Source: Octopus vulgaris | Taxonomy: Eukaryota | Length of the DNA: 64,000 nucleotides | Direction of reading: 5' to 3' | Assembly (NCBI GenBank): GCA_951406725.2 | Contig: OX597818.1 | Location: forward strand, 100,254,001 to 100,318,000 | Shown: positions 28,886-43,036 of the stretch, one piece after another | Position numbering within the stretch: position 1 is the stretch's first letter | How the letters are laid out: each line of letters starts with the position of its first letter | Translations under genes and position numbers: made by a program | Notes under the pieces: model-generated | Databases searched by the model: none | What the model saw: the letters and a program-made list of their open reading frames with translations, nothing else | Told to the model about the DNA's origin: nothing

Positions 28886-29999
28886 TATACAGTTATAAAC
28901 TAAAACTTTCACACAAACACACGCACATATATAAACGAACACGCGTACACACATGAATACCTTTAGTCAGGCTTTCATATTTCCAAAACCTATTCAGAAA
29001 GCTGTGTTGTAGAGATTGATCATACACTTATTCCCACTCTTTAAGTCACTCCGCTGTTATGGCATCTCGTCGACCACACGACACCAGCAGAACTATTTAA
29101 CTATCAAAAGAAATACAAATTATATAACAATAAGCTTTACTATCACCATGATGATGATGATGATCATCATCATCATTCTCTTAACGGTGATGATGGGTGC
29201 TGATGCTGGTGGTGACGTTGAGAATGATGATGTTTATTCATCGTTATCATAAATGTCTCCGTTGTCATCGTCGTCGTTGTCGCTGTCATTCTTCATGTCA
29301 TCTAATCCTTTTCGTCCAAGTTTGTATTTTTCTCATTGCTGTTTGATTTAGTTGCAGCCATCGCAATTATCATTATCTTATTCCAATACCTCCTTCATCA
29401 CCTGCTTCATCCAATGATGGCACAAACTCCACGTTGCTGTCCTCGCCGCTGTCATCCTCTTCGTCGATATCGCCGTCGATTTTTGGTAATCCTGATTAAC
29501 GTAGTCATCGTCATCATCATCATCATCGTCAATTTACACATCGTCATCATCGTCATCTTCATTCTACACTTCCTCCCCACATATTCTCCTTTCTCCTCCT
29601 CCTCAACAATATCGTCTGATTTTCGTCGTTTCCTGTGTCTGTCGCAAAACTTCAGTAATATCGTTGTGAAAGCAGGAACACTTGAAAGAAACAACTCACA
29701 TTTCTGACCAGTTGTTATCTTTACGATGTCAGGCGCCAGAAGGAGAACTGACCATAGTGGTGATGTTGATGATGCTAACAATAACTATGAGAACGTCGGT
29801 GACGACAGAGACGTGTCTGACAACAACAGCCTGTCAACTGTGCATCTAGTTACTTATGCTGTCCGTAATATACTCAGAATGTTTTGGTGGCCACGTGGAT
29901 TGGCGCTGTTACCAGAGCTCTTCCTATGCATGGTTTTGTTTTTGTTGTTGATGTCCACTTTCTTAGCTATACGGGTGAAGATATTGCTTCTTACTCCTG

Positions 30000-32725
30000 T
30001 TATTTAGACTGACATCCTTCTTGGTTAGCCACGGAATTTTTAGTCGTAGCTCCTCTGACTTCGTTATCCAATGTTATTTCTCTATCAAGAGAGTGGTTTT
30101 ATAATTTGAGGGAGATTTGGCTGCTATGCCTAGCAGTTTGTGTGCCAACGAATGAGATTGCTACTGTCTTGTTGCAGCTCTTGTGTTACAATAGATGTTG
30201 AAGCTTAAGTGCTTGTGGTGTCGTTCATAAATTTGTGACATGTCTTAGTAGGATTGAAGTTATTTTAGTATTATGATATATCTTAATCTTAGTGCTGGTA
30301 ATTTGCAACGTATACATATATTATGATGAGTACTAATATTGATATTAAGACATCTATGACTTGCCTGGTGGTGTTGTACATTGTCTTGCATGCACTGCTG
30401 ATATTTATATTATGATAGGTTTTAGTGTCCATACACAAGCTAATTACGCTGCTGTTGAGGATTATCTTTAATAGAGTAGTCTTATTGGTGTTGTGATCTG
30501 TCTTACTGCTAGTTCTTGTCATGTTACTGGCGATGTAGCTTGTTTAAGAAATAGTGCTGTCATTGATTCTATCATCTTTATAGTAGTGGCTGCAGTATAG
30601 TTAGTAGTGTTGTGGTACGCTATATTAAAGTATAAATAGTCCCTCTGGTATTGTTGATGTTCAAGTATCTATTTAATATATACATAGTACTGATATGATA
30701 TATGTTAGTTTTATACTCTGAAGCTTTGCTGGAGTCTTATGGTATGTCTTATATGTAGTTTTGATGCTTAGTTTGCGGTGGTGTGCCTTAACCGCAGTGT
30801 TGAATTCGGTCTTACTATTACACTAGTCACGATCAATTAAGGTGCTCCTTGAGTTAATGCTAGTTGATATTGTTATTGTTATGATATGTCCATTCCTACT
30901 GCTACCACTAAGACATATCATATAACTGATAAACGTATGTGTCTTACAGTTGCTCTGTGTGTATATATGATTTCTGATGCGCCTTAATGGTTATACTGGT
31001 GGAGTACATTGCAATTAACCATATTATGATTATCTTAGTGCTTCTTTTTAAGTTTGCATTGTTGTGACACAGTTTGGTTATAGTAATGTTGCTGGTTTTC
31101 TGATATTCCTTAACGGTAATGTCGATAATTTTGTTAGTAACGACAGTAGGTTTTGTGATAATATTGTGATACGTCTTAGTGGCTGTATGGGTGGTATTGC
31201 CGATAATGTTGAATTATGCCTTAGTAGTTCTGTTGATGAATGTCTTGCAGTTTTTGAGTGATCATAGTGGTATGTCATATATATTGCTGTTATTGATAAT
31301 ACGACCTGTCTAGGGCTAATTATTGTCCATTATTTATGTAGTGGTTGTGTATTTAGATAGCAGAATAGGTAAAGCTAGTTTTGTGAGGACTTTAATACAA
31401 TATTAAGGTATAGCCAGGTGATGCGATGGTACTAATGATATTGCTGGTAATATTAATATGTGTCTCCTTGTTTGGACTTATATTTATATGTCCAGTGATG
31501 TTAAGACATGTCCTAGAGTTAGTACTAGTGTGATGATGTTTTTGTGCTGGTATTCATCTTGTCTGTGGCTTTGTTATTGCCTCATGTCTTAAAGCCAATA
31601 TTCTTGTAACTGCTGTGCACGATATTAGGTGTACTTCTCGGATGTTGTCTTTGCTATTAGTATTGTTGTTAAAGCTGTAGTAATGTACATAATATCATTG
31701 TTCTTGTTGATCTTGCTGTGATGCTGTTTCTATTGATGTCATAGGTCTATTATGATTCATCCATGATCGTCTCAGCTTCTTGTATATGTAAAACTATAGT
31801 ATCCAAAATATTCTTAGCATTCAAAACATACAAGATTTGACGGAGATTTGTCTGTTATTTCTAATAAATTTAACAAACACGTAGACGTGCTCTCATTGGG
31901 TTTGATTTGTTGATTTCTATGGCGAATGTTGGGTATGTTCTAGCAGATTTATGATTGAAAGTTTTCGAAGTATGATCATTTTATATTTTGTTCAGACATA
32001 GTGTGGCTAGAACTACATTAAACAACGTATTCTTCCATTGTTTCTGACAAGATGATATAATGATGTGTAAGTTGGCTGCTATTATTCTCACGTCAACCGA
32101 TCACTTATAATTATAAATTTCAATGGTTGATATTGTGGGTGTTTTGCTGTTGTTTAGAGCCAAGTCAACCGCAATCAAGCAAATCTAATGTCACTGACAA
32201 TACACCTCCGTCTATCTTGTCTTTCTCCTACGTGCTAGGAACCCGGAACCACGTGATTCTATGACACGTGGTGGCGAGATATGTGAATACCATTTGACCG
32301 CCATTTCTATCAGGCCAAGAGATGACGCCGAAGTACAAATATTGCTAGCGGTGTTCGTTTATTTTGTAGAAATTGTAGTTTAACCCGCATCAGCCATGAT
32401 CCAACAGGTATATGTTGAGAGTCATTCTGTCCATGGCCAGTACGGTCATTTTGTATATAAGACACTATATTTTCTAGTGTTTCCTTCCTTCTTGAAAACG
32501 ACAAGGTTTCGATTTATGAATTTGGTTGGTAATTTTTATCAGGTTGGAATTCCTCCGTTGATGGATGATATTTAGTTAAATAAACCGATTGTGCTGGTTT
32601 CTTCTGTAGTGGCGGCCATTAAATTGTGATAATATTTTGTGGTAATGGCGGCAGCTTGAATGTCATAACAGAAAGACAAAGAGAGAGAGAGTGCGTGTGT
32701 ATGAGAAGGGGAGAGAGTGATAGTT

Positions 32726-32768
<43 letters not shown>

Positions 32769-34335
32769 GAGCAAGAGAGAGAGAGAAAGTAAGAGTGTGA
32801 GAAAGAGGGTGTGTGAATGACATGTGTTTCAAAGAAAATTAGGACTGCGGTGGTCATAAGGCCTATGGAAGTTTACAATCTAAAGTATTTCAGCTATGAC
32901 CATTAGCTTATATACATAAATGCTCACATAAACTTTTATATTTTATATCATTTACTTGTTTCAATCATAAGACTGCAGCCATGCTGGAGCAGTTGTTTGA
33001 AGAATATTTAGTCGACTGAATCGACCCCGGTACTTGTCTTTTTAAAGCCTAGTACTTATTTTCTCGGTTTCTTTTGTCGAACCGCTATTTTACGGGTACG
33101 TAAACACACCAAAACCAGATGTCTACCAAATCCACTCAAAGCTTTCATCGGCCCGAGGCTATAGACAAGACACTTGCCCAAGGTGCCACGTGTGAATCTG
33201 AACCAAGAAGCATGTAGTTGGGAAGCAAACTTCTTACTACACAGCCATACATACATACACACATACAAACATATGTACATACATCCATGCATATGTACGT
33301 ACCTACATTCATACATATGCTTATGTATATGTAAATATGTATATATATGTAAACACACACATATATATATATATACGCCTAAAATACTTTTTACTACAAG
33401 CACAAACTGTTCTGATAAGACACATCATAGCATCTTGATCAATGCCATCATCAATGCTGGGTATAAACGTGAGTGTAGGGTGAGGGGACTTCTGGCATCA
33501 AGGGATGTCTGACGTGGGTGTTGGTGTTAGCGAAGTTAGTAGCGGTCGTGTTAATTTTTTTTTCATTTTTTTGTGTGCTTTTTATAATAAAGTGTGGACC
33601 ATAAGAAAAATATTAGGGTGGGTGGGGCGTTTACTTATTGTCTGGTTCGTATAACATCGAAATAGTAATAGGAATAGTAGTAGTAGCAGTAGCAATTGCA
33701 GTGACAGCAGCAGCAGTAGTAGTAGTAATATTAGTACTAATAGTAGTAGTAGTAGTAGTATAGGTGGTGGTAGTGCTGATACTACTGCTCATGGAAGTGG
33801 TAACTGATATTTACACCTGCCATGTTGGGTGTAGTAGTTGTTTGTGTTTTTTAAAATCTAAGCTCAGATCAGTCCAACCGTGACCACATATTCCGTTCCA
33901 CCAATCTTTGTTCCTCTGTAGAGGAAGCGAGGGCCATGTCACCCAATATGTCCTTGCCTGAAGCAGAAAACGTGCGATGCTAGCTCTTGCTATTTCTAGC
34001 ATTTTGAAAAGCCACTCGTCTGTCATGTTCGTAGTGTGTGTGTTTGTGTGTGTGTGCGTGTGTTTGTATCTGAGTGTGTTTTGGTTGTAACGTTGGCAGA
34101 GGTATGTAGAAGTAAGTTGAGATGTTAGCTGTGGTTGTTGTTGCTGGTGTTGTTGCTGTTGTTTTTGTGGTTGTTGTTGGTGGTGGTGGTAGTGCAGGGC
34201 GTATAATTTAACCCCAGGACTGATCTGAATCCAAGAGAGCTTTGATGAGAAGTGCTTCAACTGTGACCATCTAACACTAAATCAGTTTTTCATGACTACA
34301 TTTGTTGGCAATTTAGCTGCTATTTCTAGCTGTGC
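30000..34335. repeat. Region holding several scattered decayed copies of an old dispersed repeat (motif TTGAGGGAGATTTGGCTGCTATTTCTAGC)
   Basis: Motif variants at about 30106-30135, 31836-31865, 32065-32090 and 34305-34330. Related pieces lie at about 19640-19800 and 22100-22320, and as reverse complement near 130 and 50535. Class unknown. Confidence 0.5.
32950..33248 (-). mobile_element. CORE-like SINE family B, internally deleted
   Basis: Tail GACTGCAGCCATGCTGGAGC and AAGACACTTGCCCAAGGTGCCACG head region. Lacks the internal microsatellite segment. Confidence 0.8.
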
Positions 34336-34735
34336 AAGCAGATCAGGTAGAAGCTTTATCGTTAGCTTTTAGGAGTGGTAATGTGGAAAGGCGGTGCTGG
34401 TGTTAGTGTTGGCGAATGGCTGACATTCAGTGGAAGACATTTGGTTAGAGGTAGCGCGAGAAGTGGACTAAATCAAAGATTGAAAAAACTGCGGTGTCAA
34501 AAATGTGCGTGGAATTAAGTGTTTGTGTGTGTGTGTGTATGCATGTATGTGTGTTTATGCGTGTATGTTTTATCTGTGTGTATGTGTGTTTGTAGTGTTA
34601 GTGAAACAGATATTGTGCTGTCTTGTAAGGAATTGTTTAGCAGCGGTTTCCATATGAAATGATGTAAGGACATGATAGAATGATAAAATCTATCAGAAAA
34701 TGAACAGAAAAGATCTAGGCACCTACCTACATACA

Positions 34736-34825
<90 letters not shown>

Positions 34826-35086
34826 CTACTTGTGTATATATGAGGGTAAGGGCGTTGATATATGTGTGTGTGTGTATGTGTACAATGTGCGTACACATAT
34901 CTGTCAGAGAGATTAAAGATAAAGATATTAAAAAAATCAGTATGGTTAATTAATTACACTTGAAACCACAGTTTATATTCTGTGTGTGTGTGTGTGTGTG
35001 TGTGAATGTGTGTGCATACATACACATAAGTGTGCGTGTGCGAAAGTATCATTAGATGCATATGTTTATGTGTGTGCAAGTATATA

Positions 35087-35122
<36 letters not shown>

Positions 35123-35377
35123 TATAATATATATATATGTATATATATATATATACATATACTCTTACTAGTTAAATATAATAATATTTAACATGAAATA
35201 ATTACAGTAGAATGTAATGTACAACAGCGGTTGTTGTAAATATCATCATCATCACTATCAGCATGATCACAATTACCCAATAGTAGTACAAGTAGTAGTA
35301 GTAGTAGTATGTGTAATAGTATATTTACAAATACGAATGTTTTTGCCAGACTTCCACAGGTAGAGCAACAAATATAC

Positions 35378-35458
<81 letters not shown>

Positions 35459-35544
35459 TAATAATATTCATAAGAATCTTTCATATCGTAGGTGAAGATT
35501 TGACGATGGAAAAAAAAAACGAGACAAAATATTGAATAACTAGG

Positions 35545-35901
35545 GAATGTGATAGACCAGCCCCTCACTGGTATCTCGTTTTATTGAGCTCGGAAGGGAG
35601 TAATGCCGGATTTGAACACAGATGGTAAAGACCTACCACAAGAAATACATCAATGCAATTTATCCAACGCTGTAACGGTTCTGCAAATCCACAGCTTTCG
35701 TAACCGCTTTCAATATAGGCATCTCTCTTGAAATTTAAAGGAACATTTAGTCGATTAGACCAACACAGTTCTTCAAAAGGTACTTTGTGTTAACGACCAC
35801 GAAGTGATGAAAGGTAAAGTTGATTTCAGTGAATTTTGAAATCAAGACATGAAGAGAGCCATAAGGAAATACCGCAAGGTATTTTCCTAACCCACCGCCC
35901 T
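35545..35901 (-). mobile_element. Two degenerate family A SINEs between (TAA)n arrays
   Basis: CTGGTATCTCGTTTTATTGAGCTCGGAAGG...GGATTTGAAC and GATGAAAGGTAAAGTTGATTTCAGTGAATTTTGAA...CCACCGCC. Confidence 0.65.
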
Positions 35902-35907
35902 TATCTG

Positions 35908-35959
<52 letters not shown>

Positions 35960-36874
35960 TGATGATAATGATAATAATTTCTAATCCAGATAGAAGGGTA
36001 GGAATTAGTGGGTGAGTGGGTTATTCCAGTAAATTGACCTCATTGCTTGACCGGAGTCAATGCTTGAAGGACCATAATTTAAAGATCACGATGTGAAAGG
36101 GATATCAGTCTGAGGTGTTTTCACTGCGAAAGAAATAAACAACAACTGCAGCAGCAGTAGCAGCTACAACAACAACAACAACGATAACAGTAACAGCAGC
36201 AACAACTACGACAACAACACAACAACCAAATATAACAAAGAAATAATAGGGAAAAAGTCTTCAGAAAGGTACCTAGAGCTAACCAATGAACACTACAGAT
36301 CCAGAAAAGGTTTCGGATATACCCGAGTATGAGTGTATGTCCATTGTAGCAACCCTAGTCATAAACCACCATCTTACCTCGTCACGATACCCTGAAGCAT
36401 GCAGTTTAAATTCTACCTACACGGGTGTTTCAATTGATATCACTATCCAACCTACCTGAATACTGACGATGAAAAAAGAAAAAAAAGGTGGGCACTCGCT
36501 GTTCATTCCTATGATGATGATGGTGATGAAGAAGCTGATAGGAATGATTTCTTCTATTGTTCACATAAAAGACCCTGGGGACAGTTAAAAGGTTAAATAA
36601 AAAAAAGTATACAGCTAATACGATATTGTGTGTGTATGTGTGTACGTATGGACGTGTGCGCTTGTGTGTATGTGTATATGCGTGTAGGCGAATTTACATA
36701 TGGAGTAAAACGGTGAATCTGTACAAATAAAAACACATAAATTTTCCCTTAGTTATTATTGCCACAAGGGCTCCGACAGAAGGGGACATTACAAGGAGCA
36801 AGGAGATGATAGGAAAAAAAACTGCGGGGGTGTTTATATGGAAATTCAATATAATGAATAAAGAAAACAATTAA

Positions 36875-36932
36875 ATATATATATATATATATATGTGTGT
36901 GTGTATCGATAACTATATATACCTATACATAT

Positions 36933-36985
<53 letters not shown>

Positions 36986-37174
36986 TGTATACATATATAT
37001 ATATACGTATACACATATCTATACACATATATACGTATACATATATATATATATACACATATATATATACATATATATACGTATACATATATATATACAC
37101 ATATATATATACATATGTATATGTATATATATATATATATATATACAGACACACACGTATATAGATACATCCAT

Positions 37175-37221
<47 letters not shown>

Positions 37222-37250
37222 CTTATATATATACATCCAGACACACACAG

Positions 37251-37336
<86 letters not shown>
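36875..37336. repeat. Compound (TA)n/(CA)n microsatellite
   Basis: Direct inspection. Confidence 0.95.
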
Positions 37337-37339
<3 letters not shown>

Positions 37340-37574
37340 TATATAGCGAAGCACATAGATATTCATGTTCTGAATTACTTTACATCAATTTTTGGCAGTA
37401 TTATTCTCCTGAAGTGCAACGTAACAACAACAATAATAATAATAATTATTATTATTATTTATTATTTTATTAGCCACAAGGTCTAATATAAATATACATA
37501 AAAGGACATGTAAGAACATATAAAACACTAGACGATACAAGGGCTGAAAATAAAGAACATAACACAGACACACT

Positions 37575-37945
37575 GCTATAGTTTTTGTGGAAGAGATGCT
37601 AGATTATATCGACCCTCCGTCTTAGACTGGTCCATTCTTTTTTCTTTTACATTTTTATCGGTTTCAGAAGCATAAAAACTGCTGCCGGGATTTGAACTCA
37701 GAATTTAAGGGGACGTAATTATACGCTCCTAGGTATTTTATCCGGCGTTCTTTCGCCTTTGCCAGTTTTAAAACAAGTGAATTTAAATCCACTCCAGTAC
37801 TTGATTGGTGGTACTTTAATTCATAGGCCCTCGGATTAAGGAAATGTAAAGTTGACCTCTGTGGTTTGGAGAGAGGGTTCTGGAAGGGGACTTAATTACA
37901 AGGCACAAACTACATTATCCGCCAGGACCTTATCAATCAGCCATG
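37575..37945 (-). mobile_element. Two degenerate family A SINEs
   Basis: GATTATATCGACCC...GGGATTTGAACTCAGAA...TCCGGCG and CCAGTACTTGATTGGTGGTACTTTAAT...GTAAAGTTGACCTC. Confidence 0.6.
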
Positions 37946-38099
37946 TCAAATAATAATATTATTAATAATAATAGATGATAGTAATAATAATAACAGCAAC
38001 GGATTTAAAAGTCGTTATAGGGAGTGCTTGAGATGGTTACGCGGATTTGTTTCACAAAAAAATGGAATTACTATTATTGTTAGTAGTGATAATATTTAC

Positions 38100-38139
<40 letters not shown>

Positions 38140-38314
38140 TTAGTAATAATCGTAAAGAAACTATTACTACTAATAATACCAATAAGAACAACGATATAAA
38201 TGTTTGATTTTAAAATATTAAAATTGATTTTATATCGATAGTAGTCCTTATATGAAGAAAAGAGATGCTAGATGAAAACGTGAGGCTAATATCTTTGCTT
38301 GTAACGTCGAGAAG

Positions 38315-38800
38315 GAAATGATGAAGATGAAGATGATGATGATGATGGCAATGAAAAAGGATGATAATAACGACGATAATAATGATGACCTCCACGACGA
38401 CGGTGATGATGATGTTGGTGATGATGATGATGATGATGATGATGTTGTTGTTAATGATGAGGATGAGGATGATGATGAACATGACAATAATGATAGCATG
38501 TCGCGGACGATGACAATGACAACGACGACGATGATTATGATGATGATGATGATGATGATGAAAAAGACGATGATCATAACGTCAATAATGAAGATCATTA
38601 GGGCGTCGATGATGATGATTACGACGAGAACGACGACTTGTATGATGAACATGGCAGTGATGATGATGATGATGACGACGACGACGACAATGACGATAAT
38701 GGCGATGATGATGATGATAATGATGATTATGATGATGGATGATGATAAAGGACTACGACGACAACGATGATAATGACGATGATGATGATGCTGATGGTGA
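38315..38800. repeat. Degenerate (GAT)/(GAC) trinucleotide low-complexity tract
   Basis: About 480 bp of imperfect GAT/GAC/AAT triplets that shifts phase. Confidence 0.85.
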
Positions 38801-38934
38801 TAAACATGTCATTCATTTTTTTTTTTTTTTTTTTCGTCACATTTCAAATAAAGCAAAAAAAAAAACAAGTGGGAAATGAAAAAAAAAATTAAATAAATAA
38901 TTAAATAAATAAATAAATTTTTTTTTCCTCTCAC

Positions 38935-39990
38935 CTCGCCTGTCGTATATGCCTGTCTGTATGTACGTATGTCCGTGTTTGCCGCTGCTGCTGCTTCTGT
39001 TGTTGTTGTTGTTGTATTTGTGGTTGTTTTTATATTCGTTGTTTATTTTTTTTTACATCATCATCATCAACACCATCATCATTTATTATTATTATTATAA
39101 TTTTTATTATTTATTTATTATTATTATTATTATATATTATTTTTGCGTCGTGGGTAGAGGGTATTATATTTTATTTTTATTATTTTTATTACTTTTTATT
39201 TTTTTTGTTTTTTTGGAATGCTTGACTGCGTGCGTGTATATGTTCAGTATGTGTGTATAAGTATGTATGCACATATACACATAGAAATGTATATGTGTGT
39301 ACGTGTGATTTACATGTATGTTTGTATGCTCGTCTGCGTGTGTGTGTGAGTGTGTGTCTGTAACGTGAAAGAATTGTTTATACGTGTACGCGTGCGTGTG
39401 TATATATATATGTGTGTGTAAATATATTTATGTATCTGTATATGTGATTTTTGTTTGTTTTGATAGGTGTATTTATATATAATTATATATATATATATAA
39501 TATATATATATAATATATATATGTGTGTGTGTATATATATTTCCTTTAAAGCAGTAGTAGTAGATAATAGTAGAAGTAGTAGTAGTAATAATAATAGTAG
39601 TAGTAGCAGTAACTGTGATAATAATAATAATTGTTGTTTCTCTTGTTGTGTTGTTGTTGTTTTTTTTTTCCCCTTTCACATGGTAAAGTTGGCCTGCTTA
39701 TCCCTTAACGTACAGCTCCTGCGGCCTCCTCCTGTTACATCCATGATCGACTGCAACGCATTCTTCCCATTAGCATCTGTCGGAGTCTTCTTCCTCCCCT
39801 TCGTTGCTGGACGCCTAGCTCCGCCTCCTTTCACTCTTTTCCCCCTCGCTTGCAATCCTACGCTATCTTTTTCCTTTCTCGATTCGCGATAACTCTCTCT
39901 CTCCCCGTCGCTCTTCACAACCTCTTGCTCTCGCTCTCTCCTTTTCGCTTTTCACACTCTCTTCACCCTCTTTCTCACATGTATAGTCTC
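38935..39990 (-). promoter_or_regulatory. Tentative promoter / non-coding first exon of an unidentified minus-strand gene
   Basis: Unique, relatively GC- and CpG-rich patch at 39670-39960 next to GA repeats, donor-like CGAG|GTGAGA at 38935/38934 on the minus strand, and local absence of SINEs. No coding homology recognised. Confidence 0.25.
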
Positions 39991-40050
<60 letters not shown>

Positions 40051-40216
40051 GATGTCTCTTAGTGCCTCTATCTTTGTTCATCTCTCGTCTTCTCTCTTCC
40101 TGTCTTCCTATCTTTCCCACTGAAAACGGCTTACATGCTTTGCTCTCCCTGTATCTTTTTCTCTTTCTCTCAGATTTCCACAATCTGTCTCTCTATATAA
40201 GATTTCCCTCACAATC

Positions 40217-40247
<31 letters not shown>

Positions 40248-40373
40248 TATAGTCTCCATTCTCATGTTCTCTCTCTCTCTCTCTTACTCTCCGTCTCTCT
40301 GTGCGTCTCTTTCGATACACACACATATGTATATATGTATGTATATATGTATATATATGTGTATCTATGTATG

Positions 40374-40471
<98 letters not shown>

Positions 40472-41464
40472 CATAGGTATATAATTTATATAATGTGGTT
40501 TTTCTTTCCCTCACATTTCCACAATCACTCTCTCCCTATATCATATATCGCTCGCAATCTTTCTCTCTCTCTCTGTCTGATAGCGTCCACGCTCATGTCC
40601 TCTCTTTTTCTCACGCTTTTTTTTATCTCTAACATAAACACACTAACAATTCTCTGTCTCTCTAGTTATATATCTCACGTTTTCACCATAAATCACCGCC
40701 CCTGTCTCTCTCTCTCTGTTTCTCTCTCACGCACACCGTTTTTGTTCGATGCACATTCTAGTGTTCTCCCTTTCAATACATACATACATACATAAAACAT
40801 CCATTCACACATTCATATTTACATACATACATACATACGTACATACATACATACATACATATGTACATACATACATATATACACTCATCAACACACACAC
40901 ATTCGTACCGGCATACACACATAAACACCAATGTCTTTTAATAATTATACGTACACACAGCTAGGTATATATATATAACTTAGTTTTTATTTCAGTATAT
41001 AACTATTGGGCACCCTCTAAAAACCTCTCTCTTCTCTCTTTTATTATTCTTCCCTTTATTCTTACTCATTTCCTTCTATTTCTCTTTATGAATCCTTTTG
41101 TATCAAAAACCCTATCATTTTCTCGCACTTGGTGCGACTCGGGGTATACACAAACACAGACAGACAGACAGACTTACACACACACACACACACTGGGCCT
41201 TACGCATGTAGTCATTCCCCACAGAAATACATAAGCACAAACACACATACACATTCATACACTAACTCACACCTCTCCTGTAGCTATTTGTCTCTTTTCC
41301 TTTCTGTCTTTCTCAGTTAACGTTCTCACCTCAGGAGAAGAGTGGATTTTCTCTTTTACCTACGTCCGCTTCTTATCTCTCGCTTTCATTCTGTCGGTGT
41401 GACTATTCCAAGTCTCCCCTACTCACTCTTTCTGACTGTCTCTTTTGATATACACATGTATGTA

Positions 41465-41508
<44 letters not shown>

Positions 41509-41509
<1 letters not shown>

Positions 41510-41655
41510 TTTATTTAAAAGCAGCACGGGAATGTGAAACTCCGAGTAACAGGTTTTGTTGAATTTCTACTGCTTTTAAATAAAGCATATTACTCTACCC
41601 CTGGTATTTTGAGTACTCTTTTTTCCACCTTGTTTCACATTTATGTGTTTACTCC

Positions 41656-41657
<2 letters not shown>
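41509..41657 (+). mobile_element. Penelope-like terminal-repeat fragment with short inverted end, in (TA)n
   Basis: CTTTATTTAAAAGCAG (41509-41524) is the exact reverse complement of 41570-41585. Contains GAAACTCCGAGTA (hammerhead 3'-half-like) and AATAAA. Flanked by TA runs on both sides. Confidence 0.45.
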
Positions 41658-41735
<78 letters not shown>

Positions 41736-42403
41736 CATACATGTATTCATTTGTATATATATTCATTTGTGTATATATACTCATATATATATGTCCGTGT
41801 GTGTATATACTCATAAGGATGCCCTTTTCTTTCTACTTCTTTCTCTGTCTCTCTGTCTGTTTCTCTTTCTCTAATTCCATAACTTCCATGTATTGTTCAT
41901 TATCACTTTCTCTTGTTCATCTCACCTCCTGTATCCTGTTTCAGTCCTTCTTTTCACATCTGTGTTTCTGTCTACTATTTTCTTCAATCATTATTCACCT
42001 CTCCCTCTCTCCCACTCTCTCTCTCCCTCTCTTTATTTCTCTCTCATACTAAATATTTCATTTTGTCTTGCCACTCACCTACACTATTTTTTAATCTATA
42101 TATTTCTATGTAGACCATTCCATGTCTCCTTCACAGTCTACCTGTCTACCTGTCTGACTTTGCTTCCACCCTCATTCTCGATAGATTTCTAACTGACATC
42201 GCCACACATTTCTTCTTTCTATCTTTCTTTTCCCCTGTCACTTAAGAGCCCTGTTACTCTCTCCCACACACGTCTCTCTTCTTTGAAAATATTCACTTTA
42301 CTCCATCCTCCTTCTTCCCTTTTTTCTTCTTTCTTCTTTTTCTCTCTTCACCTCATCTTATATCCCACTATCACTCATCAATCCATCCACGTTTACTGTT
42401 TCC

Positions 42404-42437
<34 letters not shown>

Positions 42438-42790
42438 CAATCTCTCTCGCTCACTCATTTCTCTTTGGAAATTCTTCTCTTTACCTCTTTAAGATGAAGA
42501 CAATCATTTCTATTTTCCCTTCCACCCGATACCTTGTCTTCTAGTTCTTCTCTCTTTTCATCTCATTTCTCCGACAATTGCCTTTATATATATCACACCA
42601 CAACCCCTCAATCTTTCTCCCTTATTTATATCTTCCCTAGTTCTTTCACACACTCTCCCTCCTTCTTTCTATCTGTCACAAATTCCTTCTGCTCTCTTAT
42701 TCGATTCCTTGTATTTATATTTCTGTAGCTCGTAAGGTGCGGCTTTCTCTCTCTTCTGTCTCTCTGTCTCTCTCTCACACATACATTCTT

Positions 42791-42840
<50 letters not shown>

Positions 42841-42971
42841 ATTCTACCTGCCCATCTTACACTATGTGTTGGTTGTACTTTCTGTCTTATTTTTCCTAGA
42901 CTGTCATATACGGGTATACCTTCTTTATTCTATCCCCTAATTTCTTCCACTTTCTCTTACACAAAACTTTA

Positions 42972-43036
<65 letters not shown>

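Noticed and set aside
38318-38770. Asp/Met-rich ORF resembling an acidic biomineralisation protein
   Set aside because: Degenerate GAT repeat that drifts between D, M and stop phases, with no signal peptide or splice support.
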